Assembly: GCA_964499705.1 (NCBI GenBank)
Contig: CAZCME010000014.1
Location: forward strand, 1 to 64,000
Source: an uncultured bacterium
GTDB lineage: Bacteria; UBA8481
Reading direction: 5' to 3'
Length of the DNA: 64,000 nucleotides
Shown: positions 62,487 to 64,000 of the stretch, piece by piece
Layout of the letters: each line of letters opens with the position of its first letter
Position numbering within the stretch: position 1 is the stretch's first letter
The notes under the pieces: generated by a model
The model's input: the letters and a program-made list of their open reading frames with translations, nothing else
Told to the model about the DNA's origin: nothing
Database searches by the model: none
Program-made: the position numbers and the translations under genes

Positions 62487-63922
62487 TTCGTTCCGACTTC
62501 CGCCGCGCAGACCACGCGATTGCGGCCGCGGGACTTGGCGGCATAGAGCGCCATGTCGGCGGCATCGAAGAGCGAGTCGACCTTGTCGACATCGTCGGGA
62601 AACGTCGACGTCCCCACGCTCACCGTGATTTTCACGGGCTCCGGCATCGCCTTCCCCGCCTCCCGCTCCACGATCTCCCGGATCCGCTCCGCCATCATCC
62701 GCGCTCCGTCCCTGCCGCACTTCGGAAGGATGACCGTGAACTCTTCTCCGCCGTACCGTCCCGCGATATCCACCTTCCGCACCGTCTTCTTCACGAGCTC
62801 CGCGACGCGCGCCAGCACCTTGTCGCCGAAAACATGGCCGTGCGTGTCGTTGAACTTCTTGAAGAAATCGATATCGGTGATGATGAGGCTCACCTTCGTC
62901 TTGTACCGGAGAGCGCGCTGGCATTCCGATTCGAAGCGGTCGTTGAAATACCACCGGGCGTGCAGCTTCGTCAAGCCGTCATGCATCGCCATCTCGCGCG
63001 TCCGGGCGAAGAGACGGGAGTTGTCGCAGGCGACGGAGGCGACCTGCGCGATGATCGCGAGCAGGCGGAGATCGTCGGTGGAGAACGCGTCCGGTTTCGA
63101 GCCGTGCACCCGCAGGACACCGACGACCTTGCCGCCGACGATGAACGGCGCCGCGATGAGCGACTGGAAGCTGGCGCCGGAAATTCCCTTGAATCGGAAA
63201 TCCCGCGTCACGTCGGAAACCGACAGGACCGACGCCGTCCGGATCACCGCCTGGTTGAATTCATCGTTCGCCAGCGGCTCCGCGGCTTTCCGCAGCGTCT
63301 CGGCGAGATTGGACGCCTGCAGCCGCATCGATCCCTCGTGCGTCAGGAAGAGATGGCAGACTTCTCCACGCACGACCCGCGTCGTCTCCGCGACCACCCG
63401 CGCGGCCACCTCGGTCTCGTCCAGCGAGCTCCCCAGGCTCGACGCCGCCTCCCCCAGCATCCGGAATCGCGCGCCTTTCTCCTCCAGAGCATCGCACCGC
63501 GATTGATGCCGAAGAACCTCCTCCTGCAGCAGGTTGTATTCCTCATCGAGCTGGTTGGCGGAGAGCGTATTGGATTGATGGAGATCCTGCGCGGCCGCGA
63601 AGAAGGCGGAGCCGACCTGCGCCGTCTTGTAGAAGAGAAGCACCTCCGCCACGAGCGCGAGGTTCGTCGTCCACGGCGCCTGCATGGACCGGTACGCGAG
63701 CACCAGCGCCGCGAGCGTCGTGAGACCGAAGGTGAATTCCCGTCCAGTGAAGATTCCCGACCAGATGATCAGGAGGAGAAAGCCATGGGCCAGGGCGACG
63801 GGATTCGAGGAGCGGATGACGTAATTGCTCAGGGGAAAGAAAAGAATCGTCGCGATGAACCCCGCCGAGAGCGGTATGAGAAACGACCGGAACTTCAGCG
63901 TCTCGGTGGAGTAATCGAACAT
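62483..63922 (-). CDS. Membrane diguanylate cyclase (TM + coiled coil + GAF + GGDEF)
   Basis: SLIAAPF...FSTDDLRLL GAF; DIDFFKKFND, RKVD I-site, RYGGEEF. Confidence 0.92.
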   Translation of the reverse strand: MFDYSTETLKFRSFLIPLSAGFIATILFFPLSNYVIRSSNPVALAHGFLLLIIWSGIFTGREFTFGLTTLAALVLAYRSMQAPWTTNLALVAEVLLFYKTAQVGSAFFAAAQDLHQSNTLSANQLDEEYNLLQEEVLRHQSRCDALEEKGARFRMLGEAASSLGSSLDETEVAARVVAETTRVVRGEVCHLFLTHEGSMRLQASNLAETLRKAAEPLANDEFNQAVIRTASVLSVSDVTRDFRFKGISGASFQSLIAAPFIVGGKVVGVLRVHGSKPDAFSTDDLRLLAIIAQVASVACDNSRLFARTREMAMHDGLTKLHARWYFNDRFESECQRALRYKTKVSLIITDIDFFKKFNDTHGHVFGDKVLARVAELVKKTVRKVDIAGRYGGEEFTVILPKCGRDGARMMAERIREIVEREAGKAMPEPVKITVSVGTSTFPDDVDKVDSLFDAADMALYAAKSRGRNRVVCAAEVGTK

Positions 63923-63928
63923 GGGCGC

Positions 63929-63981
63929 AAGTATGATGTATCAAGTATGAAGTATGAAGGATTTTCATCCTTCATACTTCA
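63929..63981. repeat. AAGTATG/TTCATAC heptamer hairpin upstream of the cyclase genes
   Basis: Perfect 15-bp inverted repeat TGAAGTATGAAGGAT-TTTC-ATCCTTCATACTTCA (63948-81) plus extra heptamers. Confidence 0.85.
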
Positions 63982-64000
63982 CTTGCTAGAAGACCGATTT

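Noticed and set aside
1-64000. CRISPR array or diversity-generating retroelement behind the repeats
   Set aside because: No regularly spaced repeat-spacer units, no cas or reverse transcriptase gene, and no adenine-specific mismatch pattern noticed between duplicated segments.

Overview
High-GC genomic window from a diderm bacterium whose lineage cannot be assigned from sequence alone; most genes are on the minus strand. (1) 1-33048 is one translationally coupled ~33-kb surface/secretion operon: PorV/PorQ-like barrel, LptE-like domain fused to a large beta-barrel, a 1692-aa Kelch/cadherin/PKD/FN3 protein with a FlgD/T9SS-CTD-like tail, a ~7544-aa mosaic Ig-repeat giant, and a secreted FecR-domain protein that runs off the window and is missing from the ORF track. 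(2) 33.5-39.3 kb: panE, a CPXCG protein, an O-methyltransferase, Nfu, and an ars operon. (3) 39.5-46.4 kb, accessory-looking: an HTH-Fic protein, a ComEA-HhH/HAMP/adenylate cyclase/GYF_2 fusion (candidate extracytoplasmic-DNA-sensing cyclase), and an IS1634-family element. (4) 46.5-64 kb: gltX, accA, an S55 peptidase with a propeller partner, a tailed bacterial histone-fold gene, glycosyltransferases, a peroxiredoxin, a clan GH-A lipoprotein, an HTH-less LacI-type protein and two diguanylate cyclases. Three unrelated families of short palindromic elements sit in frame inside coding sequences. No rRNA, tRNA or CRISPR array was seen. All domain calls are by-eye motif recognition, not database results, and several starts were moved from the ORF track.
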